From: Kiritimatiellia bacterium
GTDB taxonomy: Bacteria; Verrucomicrobiota; Kiritimatiellia; RFP12; UBA1067
Assembly: GCA_050949565.1 (NCBI GenBank)
Contig: JBMNFY010000007.1
Coordinates: forward strand, 32,001 to 96,000
Reading direction: 5' to 3'
Length of the DNA stretch: 64,000 nucleotides
Of this stretch, positions 52,088-61,882 are shown piece after piece; position 1 is the stretch's first letter, and each line of letters starts with the position of its first letter. The notes below the pieces were generated by a model. The model made no database searches. It was not told the origin of the DNA and saw only the letters and a program-made list of their open reading frames with translations. Position numbers and translations under genes: made by a program.

Positions 52088-53097
52088 GATTGAATTCCTT
52101 CCGTCGAATCGGTTTTTTTGAGGAGATCGCTTAAAGCTTGGTCATTAGCTGTCCGCACTGAGTCTAACTGTTGCCAGCGTGCTTTCGATTCAGCTTCCCG
52201 GCAGATTTGCTCTTGGATTTGCAACTGTTGCAAGCGATAACTCTCCCAACAGTAATCTACGAGAGCGCGCGTAGCCGCATAAGACAAGGTCGCCCCCCAG
52301 GTAGCCGGGCTTCCATAAAGAATCCGAATGCCATGAAACCAGCCGGGCGGCGGGGCTGCGGCCTGAGGAAGTAGTTTCGCTATGAGATATTCTGTGCTGA
52401 ATGCAGCTGTACCGCCCGCAACTGCTCGGGTTGTCGCCTGCGCAAAATGGTCAACATCCAATTCGCCATCGGCTAGCAACCCCGCCGAACTGGCGGCAAT
52501 GTCAAAGACCGCAACAGAACCCCATCGTAAAGCAGTCAAACGTAAGGCGCGTTTACTGTCGAATTGACCCCACGTCTTCGCGCCGCCTACATGATCAGTA
52601 GAATGTTCGTTTTTATCCACGAGTTGCATTCGGCCCCCTTTCCCATCGTGGTGCCATGCTTTTCCCCGCGGGGTTTTGCGTTGCTTTAGTATTAGTAGTT
52701 GAATGTCTTCCTCGGTAAGTTTAAGTTTCTTTATCAAATCTGGATTCTTCTTGCATGCTTCTAGGAGCTTCTCACTGCAGTGTTTTGCGTAGGAAGAACT
52801 GCGATATTGGGAAGGCTCTAGTTGAACATCAAACTGTGATTTGAACTTTGGAAATCCCCGCCAATCATAGTGAACTCCAGTGCGAGCATCAACTGTGTTT
52901 GCAAGCTTATGTAATTTTTGATAGTTCGCATTACTCAAGAAGTCGCTACGCAACAAAAAGGAACGTCCGTATGGCGCAAGGGTACCCGAAGACGACAATG
53001 CGTCTGATGCCGTAGAAGGGTCTGATGCATCCGCATAAGTAATTGAAAATGAGGTGCAAAGCACCACCAGAGCAAGTAAAACCTTAGAAGTCATCAA
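52084..53097 (-). CDS. Signal-peptide-bearing WHH (HNH/EndoVII) nuclease toxin
   Basis: N-terminal signal peptide; GVHYDWRGFPKF, TPRGKAWHH--GGRMQLV--EH--HVGG--WG; ATGA overlap with the SMI1 gene. Confidence 0.88.
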   Translation of the reverse strand: MMTSKVLLALVVLCTSFSITYADASDPSTASDALSSSGTLAPYGRSFLLRSDFLSNANYQKLHKLANTVDARTGVHYDWRGFPKFKSQFDVQLEPSQYRSSSYAKHCSEKLLEACKKNPDLIKKLKLTEEDIQLLILKQRKTPRGKAWHHDGKGGRMQLVDKNEHSTDHVGGAKTWGQFDSKRALRLTALRWGSVAVFDIAASSAGLLADGELDVDHFAQATTRAVAGGTAAFSTEYLIAKLLPQAAAPPPGWFHGIRILYGSPATWGATLSYAATRALVDYCWESYRLQQLQIQEQICREAESKARWQQLDSVRTANDQALSDLLKKTDSTEGIQS

Positions 53098-54094
53098 GGG
53101 TTTTCCTTTTTTCTAAATTGCGTATTGCTTGATATCGCACCCGCTCTTTAGATTTGAGGGCATCGATACTGTCATAAAGCTCATAAAGCCTTTTTGTTAT
53201 TTCCCTTGAGAGCGAAGGTTCGGCAACAAGCGACACGTTTACCTCGCTCAGCCGCCTGTAAAGCTCCATTGCTTTGGCTTCATCCAACTTACGCGACACA
53301 TTCATTGGATCAGTTTCTCTATAAAGACCTTCGGCCCAGAGTGTATACTTGAGGCGCTGCCTTTCCCTCAGTACGGAAGCGGCATGACCTAGGTGAGCCA
53401 TTGCGGCCTCCCATTTCTCGCGAGCAGTTCCGGTTGCATCAGGAGAAAGAGACATCAGAATCTGACGTGCGGATTCGCACTCCTGAAGGCAGGTGCTTAA
53501 AAGTCCGTTTGCTTTGGCGTTTTCAATAATTGAGAGATTTTCTTTTTTTGCCTTTTCTACAGCCGAATTGATAATTACGATGGCCTTTTCAATTGAGTCC
53601 AGTGTTGTTGAAGCAGCGACAGTCGAAGACTCCTGATGATTTGAATCCGCCCTGTTTGCGTCATTGTCATCAGACAAGTTTGATTCCGTCTCAATTGTTT
53701 TAACGAGTTCTAAAGCCCATCTTTGGTCTTCAGCAGATAGCCACCCGAAGGGGATAGCCTGAATAATCGACAGCGCGTCAAGCTGAATGGCTTCACGCAT
53801 GAACGGGCTCACATCTTTATCAGGTACAGAGGCGATGCGTTTACGCGCAAGCTCAATCATCTGCTGGGCATGCTTTCGCTTTTCCACTTCATACTTCGCA
53901 TCAGTAATGAGGGCCTGGATGACTTGCTTGTCAACATCCTTGTTAGGATTCGCCAACAAGGCTTCCAGACGTACAATTCTGTCCTGCGGCGAGAGCGTGT
54001 GGTTGTTCCGAATTTCGGATAATGTGTCCGCCCTTGCAGAAAAAACCGTCAGCAGCCCCCCGAATGATAAAATTGAAAGGATTATGGTTCTCAT
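53084..54094 (-). CDS. Exported alpha-helical hypothetical protein
   Basis: Signal peptide ending ARA; charged helical sequence; overlaps both neighbours. Confidence 0.8.
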   Translation of the reverse strand: MRTIILSILSFGGLLTVFSARADTLSEIRNNHTLSPQDRIVRLEALLANPNKDVDKQVIQALITDAKYEVEKRKHAQQMIELARKRIASVPDKDVSPFMREAIQLDALSIIQAIPFGWLSAEDQRWALELVKTIETESNLSDDNDANRADSNHQESSTVAASTTLDSIEKAIVIINSAVEKAKKENLSIIENAKANGLLSTCLQECESARQILMSLSPDATGTAREKWEAAMAHLGHAASVLRERQRLKYTLWAEGLYRETDPMNVSRKLDEAKAMELYRRLSEVNVSLVAEPSLSREITKRLYELYDSIDALKSKERVRYQAIRNLEKRKTLDDF

Positions 54095-55197
54095 TTCAAA
54101 GGCCCGAATGTTTCAAAAGCAACGAAACTTTTGTCTGCGACATCATCGGCCGATGCCTTACCGATGAATGCCCAGCTCTTGCCATCAATCTTGCCAATTT
54201 TTGACGAGAAAACTAAGGCGTCTCGACGAACGCGGTTTTTCTTGTAAATAAGCACTTCCGTACCATCGCCTGTATTCTTGAGAACGGTAATGATCGGAAT
54301 TTTAACGTTGATGTCTGTTGTAAGCGCAAAAGGAGCCTCCTTCCGAAATGGATACTCATTGGCACCTTGTTTGAGCACGACATAATACTTCGCACTGTCA
54401 ACCTTCTTCCCGCCTTTCAAAGCCGCTGCCTGACTCAGGTGGATGCTTCGAATCCGCACAATATACCTCTCGCCAAGCGCTAAATTTCCCTGCTCAACCG
54501 GGGTCTTCGCTTCGCGAAGTCGAAACGCTACGGACGCTGTATGTTTTTCTCCTAGATTAGTCTCGTCGTAATCAAGCCTGCCGTTAAGCGGGAACTCTTC
54601 ACTTTCCGGACATTTCATCTCAAATACAATCCGATCATTGGCTGACAACGCTCCGGTCGCGGTACCCGCAGCAATTCCTGTGCAACCTCCAATGACCGCA
54701 CCGATGAGTGCCCCAGCAGGAGCACCCAGCCCTCCAGTAAAGACTCCGGCAGCTATGCCACCGATGAGAGCTCCTACGCCTATTAATCCCACGACACCAA
54801 TTCTGCCAGCCGTTGCCGATGCCTCAACTTCTTCAGAGATCTCAACTTTTTTATCGGAAAAAAACACATTGATGCTGATCGTGTTCCCTTTTTCCCACAG
54901 CAATGCGGGCATCGCGTCATGCGTTGCCGGCCATTCAAAAACAGTCTGATTTCTGCGTACCTTTTTCTTCGGTGATGTCCACACAGGCACCCCATCGCTT
55001 TTGATGACAAGATAAACGTACGTGCTAGACAGTATAGCTAGGTGTTTTTTGGAAGCCTTTTCCTGAAAATAACGCGGCATCGTTATTGATTGCAGTTGCG
55101 TTGCGTACAGTTTTGCACCTTCGGCTTGCTCCGCCGCATAAGCGCCTAGAGACACCACGAGGCTAAGAATGATGGTCGTCAGCAGGGTTCTGGACAT
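54091..55197 (-). CDS. Exported protein with glycine-zipper hydrophobic hairpin
   Basis: AGAGGAG RBS; signal peptide ending AYA; GLIGVGALIGGIAAGVFTGGLGAPAGALIGAVIGGCTG. Confidence 0.82.
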   Translation of the reverse strand: MSRTLLTTIILSLVVSLGAYAAEQAEGAKLYATQLQSITMPRYFQEKASKKHLAILSSTYVYLVIKSDGVPVWTSPKKKVRRNQTVFEWPATHDAMPALLWEKGNTISINVFFSDKKVEISEEVEASATAGRIGVVGLIGVGALIGGIAAGVFTGGLGAPAGALIGAVIGGCTGIAAGTATGALSANDRIVFEMKCPESEEFPLNGRLDYDETNLGEKHTASVAFRLREAKTPVEQGNLALGERYIVRIRSIHLSQAAALKGGKKVDSAKYYVVLKQGANEYPFRKEAPFALTTDINVKIPIITVLKNTGDGTEVLIYKKNRVRRDALVFSSKIGKIDGKSWAFIGKASADDVADKSFVAFETFGPLK

Positions 55198-55296
55198 GTC
55201 TTTCTCCTCTATCGCTTGTTAAACGGTGTGTTGGGTTCAATTTCGCGCACACGCGACATCAACCCAAAATTTTCCTCAAAACTCCTAACTTCTGGA

Positions 55297-55326
55297 ATAG
55301 TATTGTTTTCATTGAGGGCTTGTCAA
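55297..55326 (-). promoter_or_regulatory. Sigma70-type promoter of the toxin operon
   Basis: TTGACA-N18-TACTAT on the minus strand. Confidence 0.65.
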
Positions 55327-55487
55327 ACGCTGTTTTCAATCGTGGCGCGATCATGATCGATTAGTAACAGGGGCATGCGAGTCGAGTGCGCGTTTTGTTG
55401 CGCAGTCGGGGGCAATGCCCTCAAAAAAACCTTTGTGCCCTTTGTGCCTTTGTGTGAGATTGGCACGCCTCGCGAAATAGGCGCGCG

Positions 55488-56297
55488 TTACGCGTCTTCG
55501 AGGGCGACCGGGTTGGTGAGTTCACCGATGCCGTCGATAGCGACGGTCACGGTGTCGCCCGCCGCGAGATAAAGCGGCGGTATGCGCGAGAAGCCAGCCC
55601 CGGCAGGGGTGCCGGTGAAGATCGCCGTGCCGGCCGGCAACGTGGTGCTGCCGCTCAGGAAGACGATCAGGTCGACCACGCTGAAGATGTGGTCCGCCGT
55701 GTTGGAGCATTGGCGCAGGTCGCCGTTGACCCAAGCCTTCAGGGCGAGGTTCTGTGGATCGGGAATCTCGTCGCGGGTGACGATCACGGGGCCGAGCGGC
55801 GCGAAGGTATCGAAGGATTTGCCGCGGCACCACTGATTACCGCCAAAGCTCTTTTGCCAGTCGCGCGCCGTGACGTCATTGCCGCAGGTGTAGCCCAGCA
55901 CATAATCAAGTGCATTGTCAGGCGTGGCATTCTTACACGGCTTGCCGAGAATCACGACCAACTCGGCCTCATAGTCCACTTGGGTGCTGGGCAGATGCGT
56001 GGGGATGAGGATCGGATCGCCGGGGTGCTGCACGCTCCACGGGCTTTTCATGAAGAGCACCGGATGCTCCGGAATCGGCTGCCGCGTCTCGTGGGCGTGG
56101 GCGCGGAAGTTGAGGCCGATCGCCAAGATGACGGGCGGCTGGAGCGGGGCGAGCAGCTTGGCGACGCGCTCGCGGCGTCCGCTGGGCTGCCAAGATCCGA
56201 AGAGGTCGCCGATGATCGGCTCGGCCGAGCCGTCGGGATGGAGGATGCCGGTCTGCGGTTCGGCGCAGGTGTCTGTCAGGAAGCGAATGATTTTCAT
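55488..56297 (-). CDS. Fumarylacetoacetate hydrolase family protein
   Basis: IGLNF, PVLFMK, VDYEAEL, GNDVTARD, GKSFDTFAPLGP, FTGTP. Confidence 0.92.
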   Translation of the reverse strand: MKIIRFLTDTCAEPQTGILHPDGSAEPIIGDLFGSWQPSGRRERVAKLLAPLQPPVILAIGLNFRAHAHETRQPIPEHPVLFMKSPWSVQHPGDPILIPTHLPSTQVDYEAELVVILGKPCKNATPDNALDYVLGYTCGNDVTARDWQKSFGGNQWCRGKSFDTFAPLGPVIVTRDEIPDPQNLALKAWVNGDLRQCSNTADHIFSVVDLIVFLSGSTTLPAGTAIFTGTPAGAGFSRIPPLYLAAGDTVTVAIDGIGELTNPVALEDA

Positions 56298-57424
56298 GCG
56301 GGTATCGTAGCAGGTTTTTCTAGAATCGTGTCAAGCAGGGACGAGACGTCATCCGCCGTGACGGGGCGGGGATTGGCGGCGGTCGAACCCGAGGCGAGCG
56401 TCTCGCGGATGAAGGCCTCGCGGTCGGCCACCTGTTGGCCGGCAAAGGGATTTTTCAGTTCCATCGCCGTCATCCAAGCGGCGATCTGCGCTTCCACGTC
56501 CAGCCCGTGCTGTGATTTAAGCGTGTTGAGATCGCGAGCCACGGCTTTCCGGTTGAAGGCAAGACAGGCTGGCAGGCAGCAAGCGCAGACCAGCCCGTGC
56601 GCGACGTTGAAGCGCACGCCCAGCGGGTGAGCGAGACCGTGGATGATGCCCAGGCGCGCGTGCGACAGCGCGACGCCCGCCAGATAACTCGCCTCCAGCA
56701 TCTCGCCTGCCAGATCGCTGTTGCCTTGATAGAACGGCAGCAACGCGCGTGCAATGCGTGTCAAGGCCAGTTCCGAGAGCGCCCGCGTGAAGGGCGTGGC
56801 GTGCAGGCTGGTGTAGGACTCAAAGGCCTGCACGAAGGCGTCGAATCCCGCCGCCGCGCGCGTGTTCGACGGACAGCACCGGAGCAGGCAGGGGTCGAGG
56901 ATCACCAGACGCGGCATGTAGGAGGGATGGCGGATCGATTGTTTCACGGTTCGCGACGGGTCGGTCAGCACCGACACCACCGTAGCTTCCGCGCCGGTAC
57001 CGGCGGTGGTGGGCGCCGCGATCAGTGGCAGTGCCGCCGGGGGAATCGACGCCGGATGCATCTGGTAAAACGCGGTGTTTTCCGGCGCGTCCAGCAGTCC
57101 CGCCGCCGCCTTGGCCAGATCGATCACACTGCCGCCGCCGACTGCCGCCACCCAATCGGGACGGTCGGCTTTCAGATCGGCGCGCAGTGCATCGACCGCG
57201 TCGACGGTCGGTTCGTTACCGGCATGGCGCCAAGCGCGAACTCGCATGCCGAACGGTGGCTCGTTTAAGATCGCGTCCAGTAGCTCGGAGCGTTGCAACG
57301 AACAACCGTGAACCAATACACCGCTCGAACCGAACTCAGCGGCAAGGTTGGTGAGGCGCAACACCGCGCCTTCAGCGGCGACGGTCCGTTGCGGCAGGAG
57401 CAGGGATGCGGGCAAAAGATTCAT
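56294..57424 (-). CDS. Iron-containing alcohol dehydrogenase
   Basis: GGGSVIDLAK, PTTAGTG-EAT, LDP, LGIIHGLAH, HG. Confidence 0.9.
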   Translation of the reverse strand: MNLLPASLLLPQRTVAAEGAVLRLTNLAAEFGSSGVLVHGCSLQRSELLDAILNEPPFGMRVRAWRHAGNEPTVDAVDALRADLKADRPDWVAAVGGGSVIDLAKAAAGLLDAPENTAFYQMHPASIPPAALPLIAAPTTAGTGAEATVVSVLTDPSRTVKQSIRHPSYMPRLVILDPCLLRCCPSNTRAAAGFDAFVQAFESYTSLHATPFTRALSELALTRIARALLPFYQGNSDLAGEMLEASYLAGVALSHARLGIIHGLAHPLGVRFNVAHGLVCACCLPACLAFNRKAVARDLNTLKSQHGLDVEAQIAAWMTAMELKNPFAGQQVADREAFIRETLASGSTAANPRPVTADDVSSLLDTILEKPATIPA

Positions 57425-57465
57425 AAGGATTTTCTCTGAAGATAAAGATGTGGGTACGGGTAGAC

Positions 57466-57819
57466 TCAGGCAACCTGCACGATGATGGCGGCGATGACCA
57501 GCGGTTCGCTGCCGGTGTTTTCGACGCCGTGTGAAGCGCCCTTGCCGGTCAGGATCGCGTCGCCGGGCTGGATGGGCACCCATTTGCCCTGCTCTTCGAT
57601 AAGTCCGCTGCCGGAGAGAACCAGATAGATCTCGTCCTCGCCGTCGTGCGTGTGGCTGCCGATAGAGCCGCCGGGCTCAATCGTCAAGCGTGCGCAAAGT
57701 CGCGCCTTGGCACTGAACGCTTCGGGCTTGAACCAGTGCTCGACCTTAACCGTACCTTTGCCACCGCGCATGTTTGGACGGAGTTCCATTTGAAGCGCAT
57801 CATTTCTCGCAATCATCAC
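57466..57819 (-). CDS. Cupin domain protein
   Basis: GSHTH--EDEIY--SG-G...HGVENTG; AGAGGAGG RBS. Confidence 0.88.
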   Translation of the reverse strand: MMIARNDALQMELRPNMRGGKGTVKVEHWFKPEAFSAKARLCARLTIEPGGSIGSHTHDGEDEIYLVLSGSGLIEEQGKWVPIQPGDAILTGKGASHGVENTGSEPLVIAAIIVQVA

Positions 57820-57974
57820 AACCTCCTCTATTATTAAAACGTCATCTTAGCATATGAGCGCTGTCGGACGAATCGTTTTTTGAAGAGATCATTTGGGCCG
57901 CGGTTACGCGCTTATTCGTGAAGGGCCGAAAGTACGGCTTGCGGATTCTTTGCTGCCACGGTGAGGAGCGCTCG

Positions 57975-58550
57975 CCAAATCGGGATCGGGATCGCTATCG
58001 AAATCGGAACCGATTGGCGAACAGCAGAGCAGGGCTTTTACACTCATCATTGCGACCACTGGGTGGCCGCAATAAGAGGTGGTTGACTCGCGACTTGCGA
58101 CCTACGACGCGCGCGATACCGATAGCGATACCGATCCCGATACCGATAGCGATGCGCTGCAAGTTTGAAGTGACCTTTCTGGCCACCATGCCTTTCGCTC
58201 CCGGACCCAGGGCTGCGCTACGTTTGCCCTGGCTAAGGTGATGCCGCCCCTTCGGGGCTGTGATTCCGCGCACGGCGCGGAAGGCGGCTCGCGGGGACGC
58301 TCGCCCTCCAACCTATGATCGGACTTGCGGAGCGCCGGGAGGGACGAACGTCTGCTCTGAAAGTTTGGCTAAAGAATTTGGAGTGCGTGCGGCAAGCGGT
58401 ATTCCGCGCGACGCCGCTTTTCAAGCATGAGTACGGCGGCAGGGCGGTGCGCAAAAGCGGTGCCGCGAATCGCACGTAGCGCGACTCTTGTCACCGCACT
58501 CCAACTTTCGCGCACCAAAACCTACTGCCTACTGCCCATTGCCTACTGCA
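57975..58550. repeat. Mosaic of 6-nt periodic arms, REP-like palindromes and a 7-mer tract
   Basis: atcgggatcgggatcgctatcg vs cgataccgatagcgataccgatcccgat; gccccttcggggc; ttggagtgcg...cgcactccaa; cctactgcctactgcccattgcctactg. Confidence 0.8.
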
Positions 58551-58553
58551 GAT

Positions 58554-59375
58554 TTACATCAGACTTTGGATTTTGGCGCGGACGTAGGCTTGTACGTCTG
58601 CCTCGACCGGTTTGAAACACAGGTCGATGGGTTTGAATGTGTCGCCGCAAGCCGCGATTTCGGCCGCGACACGTTTGAGGAATAGGCTCTGCAACTCGGT
58701 GGCGATATTGATCTTGGCTACGCCGTTGTCAATAGCCAGCCGGAGCTGGTCTTCTGGGACGCCGGTACCGCCGTGAAGAACAAGCGGGACATCCACTTTC
58801 TCGCCGATTTCCCGCGCGCGCTCGATGTCCAGCATGGGTGCCTTTTTATAGAAGCCGTGGACTGTACCGATGGAGATGGCCAGGGCGTCGACACCGGTCT
58901 TCGAGACGAATTCGTGAGCCTCTGCGGCGGTGGATAGTTCGATCGTGCCGTCGCCGAAGGGCACGTGCCCGATCTCGGCTTCCAGCGTGACTCCGGCGTC
59001 GTGCGCGATGCGCGCGGCCTCGGCACTGAGCGCGATATTCTCAGCAAAAGAGAGCTTGGAGCCATCGATCATGACCGAGGTATAGCCGATTGCGATTGCC
59101 GCGCGGAGCTGTTCCAGCGATTCTCCGTGATCCAGATGCAGGACAACGGGAATGTCGGACTCCGATGCCAGACGCGTCACCATGGCTGCTATCAGGCTTG
59201 CGCGTTCATCTTTGAAAAGGCGTTGGTATACCTGAATGATCACAGGCGCTTTCAACGCTTCCGCCTCCTTGAAGACCGCGAGCACGGTCTCCAAGTTGGC
59301 GACGTTGAAGGCGGCCACGGCCCGCTTTTCAGCGCGGGCCTGTGGCAGGATTTCGTTAACCGTGACAAGAGGCAT
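58554..59375 (-). CDS. Class II ketose-bisphosphate aldolase
   Basis: AFNV, LHLDH, SVMIDGS, EAEIGHV, LAISIGTVHG, LVLHGG, KINI. Confidence 0.93.
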   Translation of the reverse strand: MPLVTVNEILPQARAEKRAVAAFNVANLETVLAVFKEAEALKAPVIIQVYQRLFKDERASLIAAMVTRLASESDIPVVLHLDHGESLEQLRAAIAIGYTSVMIDGSKLSFAENIALSAEAARIAHDAGVTLEAEIGHVPFGDGTIELSTAAEAHEFVSKTGVDALAISIGTVHGFYKKAPMLDIERAREIGEKVDVPLVLHGGTGVPEDQLRLAIDNGVAKINIATELQSLFLKRVAAEIAACGDTFKPIDLCFKPVEADVQAYVRAKIQSLM

Positions 59376-59383
59376 GATTTTCC

Positions 59384-60733
59384 TTATTTCACGAGCACGG
59401 GCTTGATGTCCAGCCAGCGGCAGAGTTCGAGCAGGTCGTTCTCGATGTCGGCGTGGATGATCGAGTAGTGGTGCTTGAAGCCCTCGGTCATGATCGTGTT
59501 GACCAGCCGCTCGGCGGTGCAGTCGAAACGGACGTTCAGCGGATTGCCGCGGATGAACGGCTCGGTGTCGAGCGCGGTGCCCTTGGCGATCAGCATGCGG
59601 TAGCCGTCGCCGTCTTCATCGAGCTGCGCCAGCGTGATCGGGCCGGCCTTCATCGAGAATTCGTTCGTGAGCCCTTTCTTGTTGCCGCCGTCCACGCGGA
59701 AGTGCTGGGATAGGGTGGTCTCCTCGAACTTGCGGCAGATGGCGGAGGGCGCCGCGCCGCAATGCCAGAGCACGGCCGTGTCTTGGTCGTAGTCGAATGA
59801 GATGAGGTCGGCGAAGAAGGGAATGCCGCCGCTCAGCGACGCTTCGATCTGCATCAGGACCGCGCCCAGCACGTCGCCTTCGCAACTGCTGACGAGGCGG
59901 TCGTTGTTGAGCATGCCGATCACGGCGCACGGCGCGATGCCGTAAATGTCCGACCACTCCGGCCAGCAGCGGATGGCGTATGCGGAGAGCGCGTACTTCT
60001 TGGCGGTCTTGCGGAACGATGCGTACATCCTTCCGGCGGGCTCGATATCCTTCTCGATCGTTTTGGCGCAGACGGCGGCGGTCTTGCGGACGGTGTCGAC
60101 GCCCTGCTTGACCTCAGCCTCGCTCAGTTTTTTGGCGGTGTCGACAATCTCGAGGAGGTCGATGATCTCGATCTCCGTGCCGAGCTTGGCGCGCAGCCGC
60201 ATCTCGTCGCAGTTGGAGGTGTAGAAGCCGGGGACGCGTCCGCCGACGAGGCCGACTTTGCCAGCGGCGAGGTCAGAGACGCACTTCAGGATTTCGAGGG
60301 GGCGCTTGACAAGCTCCCCGGCCTGTTCGGCCGGCCCGAAGACGAAGGTGTTCTTGCGGCCGAGTTGGCGCAGCGTGTGCACGGCCATGTTCGATCCGCA
60401 GAAGGAGTTCTGCGTCCACATGCGGTTGGCCTGCGGTTTTTCAGGCGTGGAGATCAGCACCACCGGCACCGGCAGTTCCTTGGCGATGACCGGAACGATC
60501 GCGCCGACCGGGAAGGTCGCCATGAAGACGATGACGGCGCTGACATCCTGCTTACGCAGGTCGGCGCAGAGCGCGGACGCCTCCGCTGCGGTCGTGGTCA
60601 GGCTGTCGTCGGCCACGATCTCGTAGGGGAGGGTCTTGAGACTGGCCAGCATGGTCTTGCGCAGGTTGTCGATCTCGGGCGTAGCCCAACTGGCTTTGGT
60701 AAGTGCGATGAATCCGACTTTGAATACTTTCAT
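59384..60733 (-). CDS. L-fucose/L-arabinose isomerase family protein
   Basis: NSFCG, RVPGF, IRCWPE, SCEGD, WHCG, GFKHH. Confidence 0.85.
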   Translation of the reverse strand: MKVFKVGFIALTKASWATPEIDNLRKTMLASLKTLPYEIVADDSLTTTAAEASALCADLRKQDVSAVIVFMATFPVGAIVPVIAKELPVPVVLISTPEKPQANRMWTQNSFCGSNMAVHTLRQLGRKNTFVFGPAEQAGELVKRPLEILKCVSDLAAGKVGLVGGRVPGFYTSNCDEMRLRAKLGTEIEIIDLLEIVDTAKKLSEAEVKQGVDTVRKTAAVCAKTIEKDIEPAGRMYASFRKTAKKYALSAYAIRCWPEWSDIYGIAPCAVIGMLNNDRLVSSCEGDVLGAVLMQIEASLSGGIPFFADLISFDYDQDTAVLWHCGAAPSAICRKFEETTLSQHFRVDGGNKKGLTNEFSMKAGPITLAQLDEDGDGYRMLIAKGTALDTEPFIRGNPLNVRFDCTAERLVNTIMTEGFKHHYSIIHADIENDLLELCRWLDIKPVLVK

Positions 60734-60748
60734 TGATGGGTTTCCTTT

Positions 60749-60848
60749 GAGGCGCTTGCAAAACTTCTTGCTTGCGGGTGTGGCACGGGCATCTTGCCCG
60801 TGTTTCATGGGCGGGACGCCCATGCCACGAGGGTCTTGCAAGAGTCTC
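60749..60848 (-). mobile_element. MITE-like element, copy 3 (inverted)
   Basis: gaggcgcttgcaaaac...gtcttgcaagagtctc with the internal REP doublet reversed. Confidence 0.75.
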
Positions 60849-60906
60849 GTTTGGTTAGTGGTTAAGGACTGGTGAACCAGAGTGACCAAATTGACCGAAG
60901 TGACGG

Positions 60907-61878
60907 TTAATCCTGTGACAGAGCGACCGCTTCTTCGAGCGTGATGACATCGAAGGCGGGGTTGTACTTCTTCAGGGTGTCTTTCACGGTCTGCGACGCG
61001 GTGATGAAACGGGTCTTTCCGAGTCCCTCGGCAAGATCGTAGACGCGCTGGCAGAGCCGTTCGGCGAGTGTCGGGTAGAGCGTGTCGTAGACTACGGCGC
61101 CTTCGCCCACGGCGTAGGACTCTTCCACGTTGGTACCGAACGGCACGAGCTTGTAGCCGAGCTGCTTGAGCAGGTCGCGCGGCGCGGAAGGATTGCCGCA
61201 GTAGTTCTTGAGGAAATCGCTTTCCAAATAAACCGCCTTGCGCGAGCCGGTCTTGTTCATGCCTTGCTCCACGAAGTACGCGGCGCTGTGGATGACCTTG
61301 ACGTCGGGCAGGCGGTCGTGCAGGAACTCAAACGCCGAGGGCTCCGCCACGATCAGGGTCTTGCAGCCGCTGTCGGTGACCGCCTTCTTGAAGCGCGCGA
61401 AGACCTTTTTCGAAGCGGCTTCGAAGCCCAGCACCGCAAGAGCCTTGCCGGGGTCGCCGCCGGTGATCACCGCGCATCCTTTGTACAGTTCGGGCGTGGG
61501 GCCGAAGTAGAGCGCGTTCCCTTTGCCCTTGACGCTAAAGGCGTCCTTTTCCAGTGTCTTGGCCAGTGCCTTCACTGCGGCGGGTGCGAGGTCCGCCTCA
61601 ACGATATCCCGGCGCACCGCGAGGACGAGGCCAGTTTCGTCATAGTCGCTCACGCAGTGGAAGCGGTTGGCGGCGCTCAATGCGCTGCGATAGAACGCGT
61701 CGATGTAGTCGGGATTCGACAGGTTGGCGGCATCCATGCGGATGCGGTCGCACATCAGCGCACGGCCGCGCGGGGTGTCGGCTTCACGGAAGGTGACGTT
61801 CCCCACCGGGTCGAGATGCCTGCACATGAAGCAGAAGCGGCAGGCGTCAATCACATTCAGATAATTTTCGATATGCAT
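60907..61878 (-). CDS. Fe-S oxidoreductase-like subunit (GlcF/GlpC-like, degenerate)
   Basis: CRFCFMCRH...TPRGR; follows the FAD oxidoreductase. Confidence 0.75.
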   Translation of the reverse strand: MHIENYLNVIDACRFCFMCRHLDPVGNVTFREADTPRGRALMCDRIRMDAANLSNPDYIDAFYRSALSAANRFHCVSDYDETGLVLAVRRDIVEADLAPAAVKALAKTLEKDAFSVKGKGNALYFGPTPELYKGCAVITGGDPGKALAVLGFEAASKKVFARFKKAVTDSGCKTLIVAEPSAFEFLHDRLPDVKVIHSAAYFVEQGMNKTGSRKAVYLESDFLKNYCGNPSAPRDLLKQLGYKLVPFGTNVEESYAVGEGAVVYDTLYPTLAERLCQRVYDLAEGLGKTRFITASQTVKDTLKKYNPAFDVITLEEAVALSQD

Positions 61879-61882
61879 GTTG

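Noticed and set aside
57918-58311. ORFs with RDRDRY / IPIAIP repeats
   Set aside because: Translations of the 6-nt periodic repeat arms.
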